From IMG/VR virus record IMGVR_UViG_3300005831_000057: a DNA stretch of 49,348 nt, one strand, 5' to 3'. Position 1 is the stretch's first letter; every line of letters begins with the position of its first letter. Shown here piece by piece: positions 17,710 to 28,482 of this stretch. The DNA is from a virus (Duplodnaviria > Heunggongvirae > Uroviricota > Caudoviricetes). Below the pieces are notes generated by a model. It did no database searches. It saw only the letters and a program-made list of their open reading frames with translations, and was not told the origin of the DNA. The position numbers and the translations under genes are program-made.

Positions 17710-18675
17710 ATGATTGATATTATAATACCATTATATAACACAAATAACAAATTATTTAAAAGATGTTTATCTTCTATAGCAATGCAAACTATGATTGACG
17801 ACATCAGTGTGACTATAGTTGATGACTGTTCTAGTGATGATTATAGTGATATTCTTGAGACATTTAATAAGATTATTGATATAAGTTATATTAAACTAGA
17901 AAGCAATGTAGGAAGTGGGCTTGCTAGAAAATGCGGTTACGAAAATTCAAATAATAAATATGTTATGTATGTAGATTCAGATGACAGTTTTGCAAGTGTA
18001 TATTCTGTAGAAAAGATGTTTAATGCATTTAGCAAGGATAATACGATTCAGTTGGTATTGGCTGGATATATGGAAGAATATCCCAATCTTAGACTTGGTT
18101 ACAAGGGGTACAATATAACATGGCTATTTAGTAAGATGTATAAAAGAGAAGAACTTAATAAGTATGGTATAGAATTTACTGATTTAAGATATAATGAAGA
18201 CGCATGTTATAATATGAAAGTTTTTGCAATGTTTGAAAAAATAGCATTTATAGACGAACCTTTGTATAATTGGCATAACAATCAAGAAAGCCTTACAAGA
18301 TGTAATCGTAGCAATGTGGTTAGTGCATGTAATTTCGTGGATGCCTATATACAGTCATACGATTGGAAAGAGAGTGTAAAAATCGCCAATGAAGACTACT
18401 CAAATATACAAAATATAGATGGATTAATTCTGATGTATATGTACTATTGTAAATACGTGTGGACGGAAGAAGATGATTTTACTGACGAAGTATTAAAAAG
18501 GATAAAGATCTACTATGACAAAACAGTTTATGATATAGAGGAGTTGGCGAATAGCGAATTGTTTAACGAAAGATATTTTACTATATTTAAAAATCAAGAA
18601 TCTATAATTCAAAAATACATACCAACAATAACAATATATGACTTTTTGTTCAAACTTAAAAATATGAATAATTGA
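17710..18675 (+). CDS. Glycosyltransferase family 2
   Basis: IIIPLYN, IVDDCS, G.ARKCG, YVDSDD and RYNED motifs. Confidence 0.9.
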   Translation: MIDIIIPLYNTNNKLFKRCLSSIAMQTMIDDISVTIVDDCSSDDYSDILETFNKIIDISYIKLESNVGSGLARKCGYENSNNKYVMYVDSDDSFASVYSVEKMFNAFSKDNTIQLVLAGYMEEYPNLRLGYKGYNITWLFSKMYKREELNKYGIEFTDLRYNEDACYNMKVFAMFEKIAFIDEPLYNWHNNQESLTRCNRSNVVSACNFVDAYIQSYDWKESVKIANEDYSNIQNIDGLILMYMYYCKYVWTEEDDFTDEVLKRIKIYYDKTVYDIEELANSELFNERYFTIFKNQESIIQKYIPTITIYDFLFKLKNMNN

Positions 18676-18709
18676 CAACGCAGTAATAGTTGATAAGGGA
18701 GGTTTTGTT

Positions 18710-19843
18710 GTGGCTAGTGAATATGCTACAAGAAATGGTACTAAAAGTGTTTTAAATGTACATGCACAAGTCGGAGGAGTTGCTAATAGAGTAAAGTCGG
18801 ACGTAAGATATCATTGCACTTGCTGCGGAGTTTCTTATGCTGGACAGATGAATAACTTTAGTAGGACAAAATCTCCTTTGTATGTAAGTAATAATGGATA
18901 TATGACAGTGTGTAAAAAATGCAGAGATATATACTACGACCAATTAGTAGAGTTCTTTAATAATAACGAAGAATTGGCTATAGATAGAATGTGTAGTATA
19001 TTTGACTGGTATATAAATAAAGATGGGTTTAATGCATCTGAAAAAAGACCAGAGGGAAGAAGTAGGCTCGGTGTATTTCTTAGCAAAAGGATGCTTGGAC
19101 AGAATTGCAAAGGTTCTAGTTACCTAGATGTGATAAAAGATAGAGTTTATTCAAGAGATACGGCTATAAACACTTATTATAGTGAATTTGTTAAAGACGA
19201 AGATGCTGATAATCAGTATGTTTTAAAGATAAAAGAATTAGAAAAAGAACTAGAGTTGGAAAAAGCTAGAACGGAGTCACAACAGATTGAAAGAGAAAGA
19301 ATAGAAAGAGAATCAAAAGAAGAAGAAGAGTATGCAACTTATTCTGCGACTGAATACAAACCTACTCAAAAAGTGGTAAAATTCTGGGGAAGTGGATATA
19401 AGTCAGATGAGTACCAAAGTTTGCAAGGATATTACGAGAAGTTACTTGATGAATGCGGAGATAGGAAACCAGATATTATAAAGCAGAAGTCGATGAAAAA
19501 TCTATGTTTGCTTGAGTATCAAATTCAAAACTGGATACAATCTGGTAAGGATGTTGGAGGCATGGTAAGAACTTATAACACAATATTCGAGTCTTCTGGA
19601 TTAAAGAAAGATGTAGATTCTGTCAATAATAGTTTTGGCGAAATAATAAGCATGATTGAAACTTATACTCCAGCAGAATATTATAAAGACAAGACTAAGT
19701 ATAAAGATTTCTTTGGAATTGGAGACTATATTGAAAGATATATGTTCAGACCATTAAAGAATTTACTAACTGGTTCAAAAGTTCCAGAAAAAGAACATTG
19801 GATTGGCGACGTTAAAGATTCAGATGGTGGTGATATCTTATGA
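18710..19843 (+). CDS. Zn-binding protein upstream of terminase; putative terminase small subunit
   Basis: CTCCG...CKKC; overlaps the start of the large subunit gene; synteny. Confidence 0.55.
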   Translation: MASEYATRNGTKSVLNVHAQVGGVANRVKSDVRYHCTCCGVSYAGQMNNFSRTKSPLYVSNNGYMTVCKKCRDIYYDQLVEFFNNNEELAIDRMCSIFDWYINKDGFNASEKRPEGRSRLGVFLSKRMLGQNCKGSSYLDVIKDRVYSRDTAINTYYSEFVKDEDADNQYVLKIKELEKELELEKARTESQQIERERIERESKEEEEYATYSATEYKPTQKVVKFWGSGYKSDEYQSLQGYYEKLLDECGDRKPDIIKQKSMKNLCLLEYQIQNWIQSGKDVGGMVRTYNTIFESSGLKKDVDSVNNSFGEIISMIETYTPAEYYKDKTKYKDFFGIGDYIERYMFRPLKNLLTGSKVPEKEHWIGDVKDSDGGDIL

Positions 19844-21123
19844 CAAACGAACTATTGGATGAATATCAAATGTCTGTTCATAAAAACTTTGGCGATAACA
19901 GTTGGTTAGGAAGTGCTTCAAATTGTAGAAAAGCTATTGATTGGATAACATTTCTTAGAAGAAACATATCTACGTTTATAGAAGACGTTCTTTTAATACC
20001 TCTTCATTGGTATCAGATTATTTGGATATACGTACTAAGCACACATAAGTCAACTGCTATAGTGGCATCAAGAGCCTCGGCTAAGTCATTTATTATAGCT
20101 GTTTTTGCTTGCGCTAAATGTATATTATTTCCTAATAGTAAATTTGTAATAGCATCAGCTACGAAAAATCAAGCTGGGCTTATAGTTACTGAAAAGATAG
20201 AAAAAGAATTGATGCCAAAATCTCCTAGGCTTGCAAGAGAAATAGTAAAGATAGTCGGTAATACAAATAAGACAGAAGTAATATTTAGAAATGGGAGTAC
20301 TATTACGGTTGTTCCAGCTAGTGAAAATGCTTTAGGTATGAGGTCTACAGATCTTATATTTGAGGAGTTTAAAATTATAAAGGAATATATTGTAGATAGT
20401 GTATTAAGTCCGTTTCTAGTAAGTAGACATTGTATATTTAGAGGATTGCCACACTATGTTAATAATAAGGAATTAATAGAAGAACCAACTAAGATGTTTA
20501 TAAGTTCAAGTTTTAGAACTAGCACTTGGCAGTTTAGAATGATAAAAAATTTCATAAATACAAAGTTCGGCGATGGAACTAATTGTTTATTGGCGTGTGA
20601 TTATTCTGTTTCGCTTAAGCATGGCATAAAGACTATGGCTACACTTTTAGATGATAAAAGAAAGTTTGATCCTATTACTTGGAGAATAGAATATGAAAAT
20701 GAAGCACTCAAAGAAAATACAAGTGCTTTCTTTACGTACGATATGATATTACCAAATCAAATAAACAAACAGCTATTTTATCCTAGAAAAACCATAGACG
20801 TTCTTACTAAGAAAAGCAATCAGTTTGCTATACCTAGACAAGATAACGAGATAAGAATAATATCATGCGATATGGCATTTGTAGATAAAGATGGGAATGA
20901 CAATTCGGTGTTTAGCTGCATAAGATTGTTGCCAGAAACTATAAATTACAAAACTCATGAACAACAAAATAAAGAAATTCAAAATAACAAAGGATATAGA
21001 AGAGTGCTGTCATATTTAGAAGCTAATAGAGGTGGAGATATAGATATTCAAGCTATAAGAATAAAGCAACTATATGAAGACTTTGATGCTGACTATTGTG
21101 TACTAGATGCACGAAATGGGGGT
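19840..21123 (+). CDS. terL: Terminase large subunit, exon 1 (428 codons)
   Basis: Walker A-like ASRASAKS, Walker B LIFEEF, nuclease SCDMA; ends LDARNGG at the group I 5' splice U. Confidence 0.9.
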
Positions 21124-22241
21124 AGACAAAAATGCTCTCTCCATTGGAAACTTTGGAGTAATAAACTGCGAAAGAAAACTGGGAAGCTGAAATGCCAATC
21201 AGAATGGAAGGATATGTGTAAAAATATATTCACATGCAACGCGTAGGCTTTGAAACTTGAAAAAGAATATAATAAGCCCAAGAGTTCGCAGTGTCTAAAA
21301 TTTATAAAAAAGAGGTAATTATGTTATTATCAAAAAATGTCAACATAAAATGGAATTCAAGGAATAAAAAACATTATGAAGAACAAGGATATGTATATAC
21401 TAGTATGGGAAATATATTTAATGTAGATATAAATCATATAACACATGGTAGTAACGCTATAGTAGATGTGTCGTGTGATTATTGTAATATCATATATAGT
21501 AAAGTATATTGCAGATATTTGCATGAAATAAGTGGTGAGATAAAGAAAGATTGCTGTTATAAGTGTAAAAGTAAAAAAATAACAGACACTGCTATTTCTA
21601 AGTATGGGGTTAACTCTATATTTAAATTAGAAAATATAAAACAAGATATAAAAAATACAAATATGCATAAATATGGTTCTGAAAATGTATTTTCTTCCGA
21701 CGTAATAAAGGATAAAATATATTCCACTAATATAGCAAAGTATGGATTTAAAAGTCCACAACAAAACGATATTATAAGAAAAAAGACAGAAAATACATGT
21801 ATTAAAAGATATGGATTTAAATCATTTCTGTGCACGATTGAAAAACATGGTGATAAAAGCCCAAGATGGAAAGGCGGATTTAAATACCATAGAAATGAAA
21901 GAGTTACATATGAATATAATACTTGGAGAAAATCTGTATATGCAAGGGATAGATATCGTTGTAAAAAATGTAATAATAAAAGTGGAGTTAAAAATAAAGT
22001 ATATCTTGAGGCACACCATATACTTAATTGGAAAGATTATGTTGATAAAAGATTTGATATAGAAAATGGAATAACTTTGTGTGATAAATGTCATCACGAT
22101 TTTCACTCTTTATATGGCAAATCGTTTAATACAAAATTACAGACATTAACATTTATAAATCATGACAAAAAGGTACGCTGACCTAGTAGGAATACAAACT
22201 ACTAGAACTATTGGATAAAAAGCCGATAGGATAACAAAATG
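21124..22241 (+). mobile_element. Group I intron in terL
   Basis: P1: exon GGGGGU pairs with GCUCUC. P10: AGACAAAAAU pairs with exon 2 AUUUUAGUCU. P7: GCGUA/UACGC. P9 hairpins and terminal G present. Splicing restores the frame ...RNGG|ILVYD... Confidence 0.9.
21321..22181 (+). CDS. Intron-encoded HNH homing endonuclease
   Basis: CKKC...EAHH...N..TLC..CH; KYG repeats at the N-terminus; AAGAGG RBS. Confidence 0.9.
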   Translation: MLLSKNVNIKWNSRNKKHYEEQGYVYTSMGNIFNVDINHITHGSNAIVDVSCDYCNIIYSKVYCRYLHEISGEIKKDCCYKCKSKKITDTAISKYGVNSIFKLENIKQDIKNTNMHKYGSENVFSSDVIKDKIYSTNIAKYGFKSPQQNDIIRKKTENTCIKRYGFKSFLCTIEKHGDKSPRWKGGFKYHRNERVTYEYNTWRKSVYARDRYRCKKCNNKSGVKNKVYLEAHHILNWKDYVDKRFDIENGITLCDKCHHDFHSLYGKSFNTKLQTLTFINHDKKVR

Positions 22242-22766
22242 ATTTTAGTCTATGACAGACTTGCAAAATTCTTATATGACGAATCAAGAGATAAAGAGTA
22301 TAAGGCTTGGAAGTGTATGAACGATGCAAATACAGCCGACAGAATAAATGTAGAAGGTGCTATAGAAAATGTGTTTGTCATAAACGCAAGTCAAAGACTT
22401 AATAACGATATAGCGTTTTCGTTTAGAGAAGTGTTACAAAGTAAAAGAATAGATTTACTAGTTGATCTTAATGATATTATAGATGATATGCAAGAAAAGA
22501 TTTCTGATTATGGCAAGTGTATAGATTTGGAAACTCAAATGTTTTATGAAAGACCATTTCTTGAAACGCAAGCGTTTATAAACGAGACTACTTCTCTTGA
22601 ATATGAAAAGAAGGATCAGACTGGATTGATAGTGATATATGAAACTAACGGAAATACAAAAGATAGATATACAAGCGTGTCATATGGTAGTTATTTTGCC
22701 TCGCTATTGGAACAAGATTTGCTATCTACAAAAAACGAACACGATTTTCTAGTACTAATAAATTAA
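22242..22766 (+). CDS. terL: Terminase large subunit, exon 2
   Basis: Contains KDRYTSVSYG nuclease motif; spliced product would be 602 aa. Confidence 0.9.
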   Translation: MLVYDRLAKFLYDESRDKEYKAWKCMNDANTADRINVEGAIENVFVINASQRLNNDIAFSFREVLQSKRIDLLVDLNDIIDDMQEKISDYGKCIDLETQMFYERPFLETQAFINETTSLEYEKKDQTGLIVIYETNGNTKDRYTSVSYGSYFASLLEQDLLSTKNEHDFLVLIN

Positions 22767-22781
22767 TAAGGAGGGCTTAAC

Positions 22782-24362
22782 TTGGGAGACGAGACTAAGC
22801 AAGATAAAGAGATAGTAAACGAGTTTTGCTCTTTCTTTTCACTAAATCCTACAAGTATTTTTGATTCAACATGTAGCATATCTACACAATATACCGCTAC
22901 AGATATAACAAATATACTTAGAGATCCAATCGTAAATCACCAAGCAACTAGAGATTTGGCTTTATTTATATATAATACAAATGGATTGGTAGCTAATGCT
23001 ATAGATTATGCAGTTGCGCTGCCATGTCTTGATAAAGTGGTTTATGGTAAAAAAAGAATGTTTGGTAAGAATAAATTAAACAAGAATAAAGACTTAATGA
23101 TATCTGCTTTAGATTCAATAGGAGATAAGCAGTTTATAAGAGACGTTATGTTTAGAAGTGCAACAGAAGGAACTTCATTCTATTATTTCGAAACTAAGAC
23201 AAGAAAGATTGATAGAAGTAAATTTCTTAACGACTGGGATGTAACAAATATAACAGAATTATGCGATCTAGGTATTAATATATCTATGATGTCATTGCCT
23301 TATAGTCATTGCAAAATAGTAGGATTTAAGAATGGAAGGTATGTTGTAGCTTTTAATTTAGAATATTTTGTAAAGTTTGATGGTGAAAGACTTGAGCGAA
23401 AGCTGATGAAATTCCCGTCAGAAATATCTAATGCATATAAATTATGGAGTGAGAGTAAGACTGGAAATCAGTGGTATGTAATTGATAACACAAAAACTTT
23501 GGCGCACAAAATAAAGTCAAGCAAAAGCGAACCATGGGGAAGACCTTATGCTATAGGTTCGATTCTTGACATATTGTATTCAGAAGATTTTCAAAATACT
23601 AAAGCTAACGTATTAAAGGAAATGAATAATAAATTTGTATTTCAAACATTTCCAGAAGGCAAAGATAAAGGAAGTAGTTCACTTGGAGCTGACGCACAAA
23701 GAGTACAACATGAGGCTGTGAAGTCTGCATTGAATACTAAGAATAATTATGGTGGCACAAGCTTTGCGAGTGTTGCTGCTGGTACTAAATTAGATAAATT
23801 GGATATATCTAGTACAGATATTTTTGATTCTAAAAACGAAACTAACTTGCAAGATAAAATAGCTCAGTCTTGTGGAACAATAACATCACTAATTGGCGGA
23901 AGTGGAAGTGGAACTTATTCTTCTCAGCAAAACAATTTGGCGTTACTATTTTCTCAAGTATATAGTTGGGTTAAAGAAATACAAGATGAATTAGTTTATC
24001 TAATAAATACAAATATAATTAAAGATACCAAAAATAAAGTAGAAGTATTTTATCTTCCTACATCATTAGTTAATAGAAAAGAGTTTTTCACTATGATGAA
24101 AGATTTATACACATCTGCATCTGGAAGTCTTACATTTCTCGTTGCAAGTTCTGGAGTTTCTCCCGATTCTTACTTCTCTGTTCTTGACGAAGAGATTGAA
24201 AATGGAATATATGATAAATATAAACCACATCAAACAAGCTACACTATGTCAAAAGAGCAGCAATCAGAAAATAATGGAAGACCACAAAGTGATAGTCTTA
24301 ATGATAACACTACAAAATCTCAAGCTCTTGGTGGAAATAAACTTCCTAGAGCCACAAAATAG
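22782..24362 (+). CDS. Portal protein (YonE-like)
   Basis: 526 aa directly after terL; EPWGRPY motif; synteny. Confidence 0.8.
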   Translation: MGDETKQDKEIVNEFCSFFSLNPTSIFDSTCSISTQYTATDITNILRDPIVNHQATRDLALFIYNTNGLVANAIDYAVALPCLDKVVYGKKRMFGKNKLNKNKDLMISALDSIGDKQFIRDVMFRSATEGTSFYYFETKTRKIDRSKFLNDWDVTNITELCDLGINISMMSLPYSHCKIVGFKNGRYVVAFNLEYFVKFDGERLERKLMKFPSEISNAYKLWSESKTGNQWYVIDNTKTLAHKIKSSKSEPWGRPYAIGSILDILYSEDFQNTKANVLKEMNNKFVFQTFPEGKDKGSSSLGADAQRVQHEAVKSALNTKNNYGGTSFASVAAGTKLDKLDISSTDIFDSKNETNLQDKIAQSCGTITSLIGGSGSGTYSSQQNNLALLFSQVYSWVKEIQDELVYLINTNIIKDTKNKVEVFYLPTSLVNRKEFFTMMKDLYTSASGSLTFLVASSGVSPDSYFSVLDEEIENGIYDKYKPHQTSYTMSKEQQSENNGRPQSDSLNDNTTKSQALGGNKLPRATK

Positions 24363-24376
24363 TTGGATGGTAAATT

Positions 24377-25321
24377 ATGAACAATATTAAAGTTTCAGTA
24401 ATAATCCCAATATATAACGTAGAAAAGTATCTTGATAGATGCTTAAGCTCGGTAACAAATCAAACGCTAGAAGAAATAGAAATTATATGTGTAAACGATG
24501 GATCTACTGACTCTTGTATGGATATTATATCACGGCACTCTGACAAAGTCAATAACATTAAAGTTATTTCTAAAGAAAATACTGGATACGGAGATAGTGT
24601 TAATATTGGAATTGAAAATGCTATGGGAGAATATGTATGCATATTAGAATCGGACGATTACGCAAAAATCAATATGTGCAAAGAAATGTACGAGAAAGCT
24701 AAGTCTAATAATCTCGATATATTACGTGCTAATTATTATGCGAATGACGAAAAAATGGGTGCTATGTATCAATCTATATGTGATGTGATTGGATATGAAA
24801 ATGTATTTTGTCCTATCGATAACTTAAACATATTCTTGCTAACTCCATACGTATGGTCTTATATCTACAATCGTAAATTTATAATGGATAACAATATAAG
24901 GTTTACAAGAACTAAAGGAGCTTCGTATCAAGATGTAGCTTTTAATTTTAAATGCTTATCTTTGGCTAAACGAATGATGGTATTAGATAGGGCTTATGTT
25001 TATTATACCATAGACAATCCAAATTCTTCAATAAGATCTAAGGATAAAGTTTATTGCATATGTGATCAATATTCAGAAGTAGAGTGTTTCTTAAATAACA
25101 ATATATATTTGAAAAAATGTTTATGGGAAGTTAAAAATATAATAAAACTAAGTGCATACAAGTGGAATTATCGTAGGTTGTCGGATGAATTAAAACCTAT
25201 GTTTAGACGTATATTTGTGGCGCAGTTTATGCGTGAAATAGAAGATGGTACACTTACAAGTACTTATGTAGATGAATTATATTGGAGTGAGTTATATAGG
25301 TTTTGTGGAATAAATAAGTAA
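24377..25321 (+). CDS. Glycosyltransferase family 2
   Basis: SVIIPIYN, VNDGSTD, ILESDD and SYQD motifs. Confidence 0.92.
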   Translation: MNNIKVSVIIPIYNVEKYLDRCLSSVTNQTLEEIEIICVNDGSTDSCMDIISRHSDKVNNIKVISKENTGYGDSVNIGIENAMGEYVCILESDDYAKINMCKEMYEKAKSNNLDILRANYYANDEKMGAMYQSICDVIGYENVFCPIDNLNIFLLTPYVWSYIYNRKFIMDNNIRFTRTKGASYQDVAFNFKCLSLAKRMMVLDRAYVYYTIDNPNSSIRSKDKVYCICDQYSEVECFLNNNIYLKKCLWEVKNIIKLSAYKWNYRRLSDELKPMFRRIFVAQFMREIEDGTLTSTYVDELYWSELYRFCGINK

Positions 25322-25380
25322 TAATAGTGATAATTGCTATTAATATAAATTATGGGTATATCCCAAAAGGAGGCTACCAA

Positions 25381-26544
25381 ATGCTAAATCGTATCCTCGA
25401 AATTTCTAAACGAGCTTCAAAGGGTGGTAGAAGAAAAATAAAACTAATACTGCTTACAATTGGCGAGGTTAACAAAAATGGACTTTTATGGACGGAGGAA
25501 AACGTAAGAAGGAATTTAGACTCATTAAAACTTATCTCTATAGTTGCAGAGCTAGATGACGAAAAAACTGTTCCTAATGGACATGGACTTACTGGCATAT
25601 ACAAATCTGATATATCTGGAAGGGTAGATGCATTTTTTGAAAATTCCGAAGTTGTAGGTGCGTTAGAAAAAGGTGAAATTGAAGATGCTGAAATAGATGG
25701 TGTTATGAAAAGGGTGTTGGTTGGATATGGATATATATACTACCAAAGATATCCTAAATTCTTCGAATGGTTAAAAAAGAATATATTATTGTCTAATATT
25801 GATTCGTCCATTGAGATTGTTGGATTTGAAGAGAATGATGGTGAGATAATATATGAAGAAGGAGATAACATTACTGATGAGTTAAGAACTCCTAGAGATT
25901 TTGATTTTTCAGCTACAGCAATACTATCAGTTCCCCCAGCCGATGACAATGCTATCGTTTTGGAGGTTGCTAACAAATTAAATAAGGAGGAAACAAAAAA
26001 AATGGATGAATTAGAAATGAAAACTATGATTGCTGAAATTAAAGCTGCTATTGCAGAGGTTATATCAAAAAATGACGTATTGCTTGCTAAAATCGACGAG
26101 TTAAATGTTACCGTAGAAGAGAAAGATACTGCTATTGTAGACTTGGAAGCTCAGTGTGGGATGGTTAAGGAAGAAATGTCAGCTAAAGATGTGCGTATTA
26201 GCGAACTTGAGGCAGAAATGGTTATTAAGAAAGACGAACTAGATAAAGTAGCTATGGCTTCAAAAGTTACTGAAATGGAATCAGCTATTAAAGATTTCAC
26301 AAAAGACGAAGTAGAGGTTGCTAAAGAACTTATTGAAAAGTTTAAAGAAGCTCCGCTTGTGAGTGAAGTTAATGAAATTGTAGCGAAGATTAACGAAGGA
26401 ATTGTTGCTAAATTAATTGAAGATAGAAAGAAAGTATCAGAAGTTAATAGTGATAAAGACACAAAAGATATCGACATTTTTTCAGAGATTTGCGAAGCTG
26501 AAGCTGACGCAAACGAAGATTATGAAGATATTAGCATTTACTAA
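25381..26544 (+). CDS. Prohead protease/scaffold (YonD-like)
   Basis: AAGGAGG RBS before ATG 25381; protease-like N-terminus (SSIEI) and acidic coiled-coil C-terminus. Confidence 0.7.
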   Translation: MLNRILEISKRASKGGRRKIKLILLTIGEVNKNGLLWTEENVRRNLDSLKLISIVAELDDEKTVPNGHGLTGIYKSDISGRVDAFFENSEVVGALEKGEIEDAEIDGVMKRVLVGYGYIYYQRYPKFFEWLKKNILLSNIDSSIEIVGFEENDGEIIYEEGDNITDELRTPRDFDFSATAILSVPPADDNAIVLEVANKLNKEETKKMDELEMKTMIAEIKAAIAEVISKNDVLLAKIDELNVTVEEKDTAIVDLEAQCGMVKEEMSAKDVRISELEAEMVIKKDELDKVAMASKVTEMESAIKDFTKDEVEVAKELIEKFKEAPLVSEVNEIVAKINEGIVAKLIEDRKKVSEVNSDKDTKDIDIFSEICEAEADANEDYEDISIY

Positions 26545-26568
26545 AAAATCAATAGGAGGATATAAAAA

Positions 26569-27033
26569 ATGATTAAGCCAAAATTAATTGGACAAACAGT
26601 TAAATATAATAATGGAAAGTCAGTAACAGCTGGTGGAAGCTACCAAAACGGAGCTATCGGCAATGTATCAAACAATGTATTTACAGTATCAAGTACTGCT
26701 CTTGAATATATCTTAGTTCAGGAACAAGTAGGTGATGACGAGTATGATTCAGCTTATGTAGTAGCAAGTGGTGCTGACTGTAGAGTTTACGCACTTGACA
26801 CATGGGATGGTTTTGAATTACAAGCAACTCCAGAAAGCTATGAATTTGCAACTAGTTCAGATTATGATGATTTTGCAGTTGGAACTACACATTTCACAGT
26901 AAATTCAACTAACGGAAAATTGTTACAAGTTACGGCTACAGCTACAAATACAGATTACTTCAAGCTTACTAAGAAAATTATGTTTAATGGTAAGGGAATC
27001 GAAGTTACAAAAGTACACACAGCAAATTCATAA
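26569..27033 (+). CDS. Capsid-associated protein (YonC-like)
   Basis: Position between scaffold and major capsid genes. Confidence 0.6.
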   Translation: MIKPKLIGQTVKYNNGKSVTAGGSYQNGAIGNVSNNVFTVSSTALEYILVQEQVGDDEYDSAYVVASGADCRVYALDTWDGFELQATPESYEFATSSDYDDFAVGTTHFTVNSTNGKLLQVTATATNTDYFKLTKKIMFNGKGIEVTKVHTANS

Positions 27034-27066
27034 TAAAAATAATTTAATAAAGGAGGAAGAGAAATA

Positions 27067-28191
27067 ATGAAATATACATATGAATTAAACAACGCAAAAA
27101 GAGATACTGATTTCGTTGATGGAAGATTGAATGAAAAATCACCAGTAGCAGAAGTATTCTCTGCTTTGGTTAATGGTAAAGAGTTAAGTTCTTTAAAGAT
27201 TGGGGCAAAGCAAGCTGACGCATGTGAAAAATCAATCAGAGAAATGAATAGAAATGCTGGCGAGGGAGATTTTAAATCAAGAGCAGAGCTTAATACAATT
27301 AGAAAATTTGTTTACGAGCCAATCATCTTAAAGGATCTACAATTACTAGGACTTTTTGGTTCTATGGAAAGAATTGGTTTTGGAGAAACAGCTGAAATCG
27401 ATGTATATGAAGCAGTTGGCGTTGAAGCAAGACAGCAAGCAGCTGGTACTGATGTTACTTTTGGTCAAGTTGTTAAAGGAACTACTCCAATCGCTACACA
27501 AATGATTTCAAGTGGTTATAAATTGAATTACAGAAAAGCACAAATGGGCGATATGACATTCGAAAATACTGCAATGAATAACACAAGAACTGAAATCAGA
27601 AACAAAGCTTTACAGTACGTTGTTAAGACAATTTACGATAGAATTAAAAATGCTACATCTCCAGTAACTAACTTCGAAGAGGCTTCAACTCTTACTAAGT
27701 CTGGTGTTGATGCAGTAATTAATAGTATTCGTAGATACGGAAAGCCATCATTAACTGGTGATTATGCAGTTCTTTCACAGTTGACTTCATGGGCTGGATA
27801 TTTTGGCACAAACGGAACTACTACTTTTGGCAACTTAGCTCCGTCAGCACTTGAGTATTTTGCTGTTAACGGTTTGTTAGAATGGTACAACGGATGTCCT
27901 ATGATCGAAGCTTCTGCTGGATATGATTTCAACGCTCTTAATACTGCTGGAACAAACTTTGAATTACTTAGCCCAGCTGGATTGTTATTCGTTACTCCTA
28001 GTGGCGTTCAATCTCCAGTTAAGACAGTTATTCGTGGAGATTTAACTACATTCTCTGGTAATGATGTTATTAATGGAGAAATCGCTTCAAGATTCGATAT
28101 TGAAATCGGTGCAGAAGTTGCTCGTGGTCGTGAGCACATGATCGGCGTAATTAATGATTCAGACGCTGAGGGAAGTGCTATCTTAGCATAA
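27067..28191 (+). CDS. Major capsid protein (YonB-like)
   Basis: 374 aa, strong RBS, followed by a terminator; synteny. Confidence 0.8.
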   Translation: MKYTYELNNAKRDTDFVDGRLNEKSPVAEVFSALVNGKELSSLKIGAKQADACEKSIREMNRNAGEGDFKSRAELNTIRKFVYEPIILKDLQLLGLFGSMERIGFGETAEIDVYEAVGVEARQQAAGTDVTFGQVVKGTTPIATQMISSGYKLNYRKAQMGDMTFENTAMNNTRTEIRNKALQYVVKTIYDRIKNATSPVTNFEEASTLTKSGVDAVINSIRRYGKPSLTGDYAVLSQLTSWAGYFGTNGTTTFGNLAPSALEYFAVNGLLEWYNGCPMIEASAGYDFNALNTAGTNFELLSPAGLLFVTPSGVQSPVKTVIRGDLTTFSGNDVINGEIASRFDIEIGAEVARGREHMIGVINDSDAEGSAILA

Positions 28192-28206
28192 TAAAATATA
28201 AAACAA

Positions 28207-28235
28207 AAGGGAGCATATTAATAGTATGTTCCCTT
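28207..28235 (+). terminator. Stem-loop terminator after capsid gene
   Basis: AAGGGAGCATA-TTAATAG-TATGTTCCCTT. Confidence 0.6.
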
Positions 28236-28258
28236 AATAGTTAAAAGGTAGGTACATT

Positions 28259-28459
28259 ATGGCTGAAAATGAAAACAATATTTTTTATTGCTATTCGTAT
28301 AGGATGTTCTTATTTCTAAAAAGTCTAAGATTTTATTATATTTCAGAAGGTGTTAATAAGAACACAAATAATAAGTATTGGACTTTCAGTAAAAGTGACG
28401 TGTTAGACATGGCAATAACTACTTGGAATGATATAAAAAATTTAAATAATAATAGTTAA
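28259..28459 (+). CDS. Small DUF5659-like protein
   Basis: FYCYS...FL......Y.....N..T..KYW.F pattern. Confidence 0.6.
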   Translation: MAENENNIFYCYSYRMFLFLKSLRFYYISEGVNKNTNNKYWTFSKSDVLDMAITTWNDIKNLNNNS

Positions 28460-28482
28460 AATAGTTGATAAGGAGATATAAA

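Noticed and set aside
21124-21246. terL pseudogene or frameshift; C-terminal tail RQKCSLH... in the ORF track
   Set aside because: This is read-through into the group I intron; splicing restores a continuous terminase.
21811-22062. Alternative-frame 83 aa ORF inside the HNH gene
   Set aside because: Overlapping-frame artefact with no RBS.
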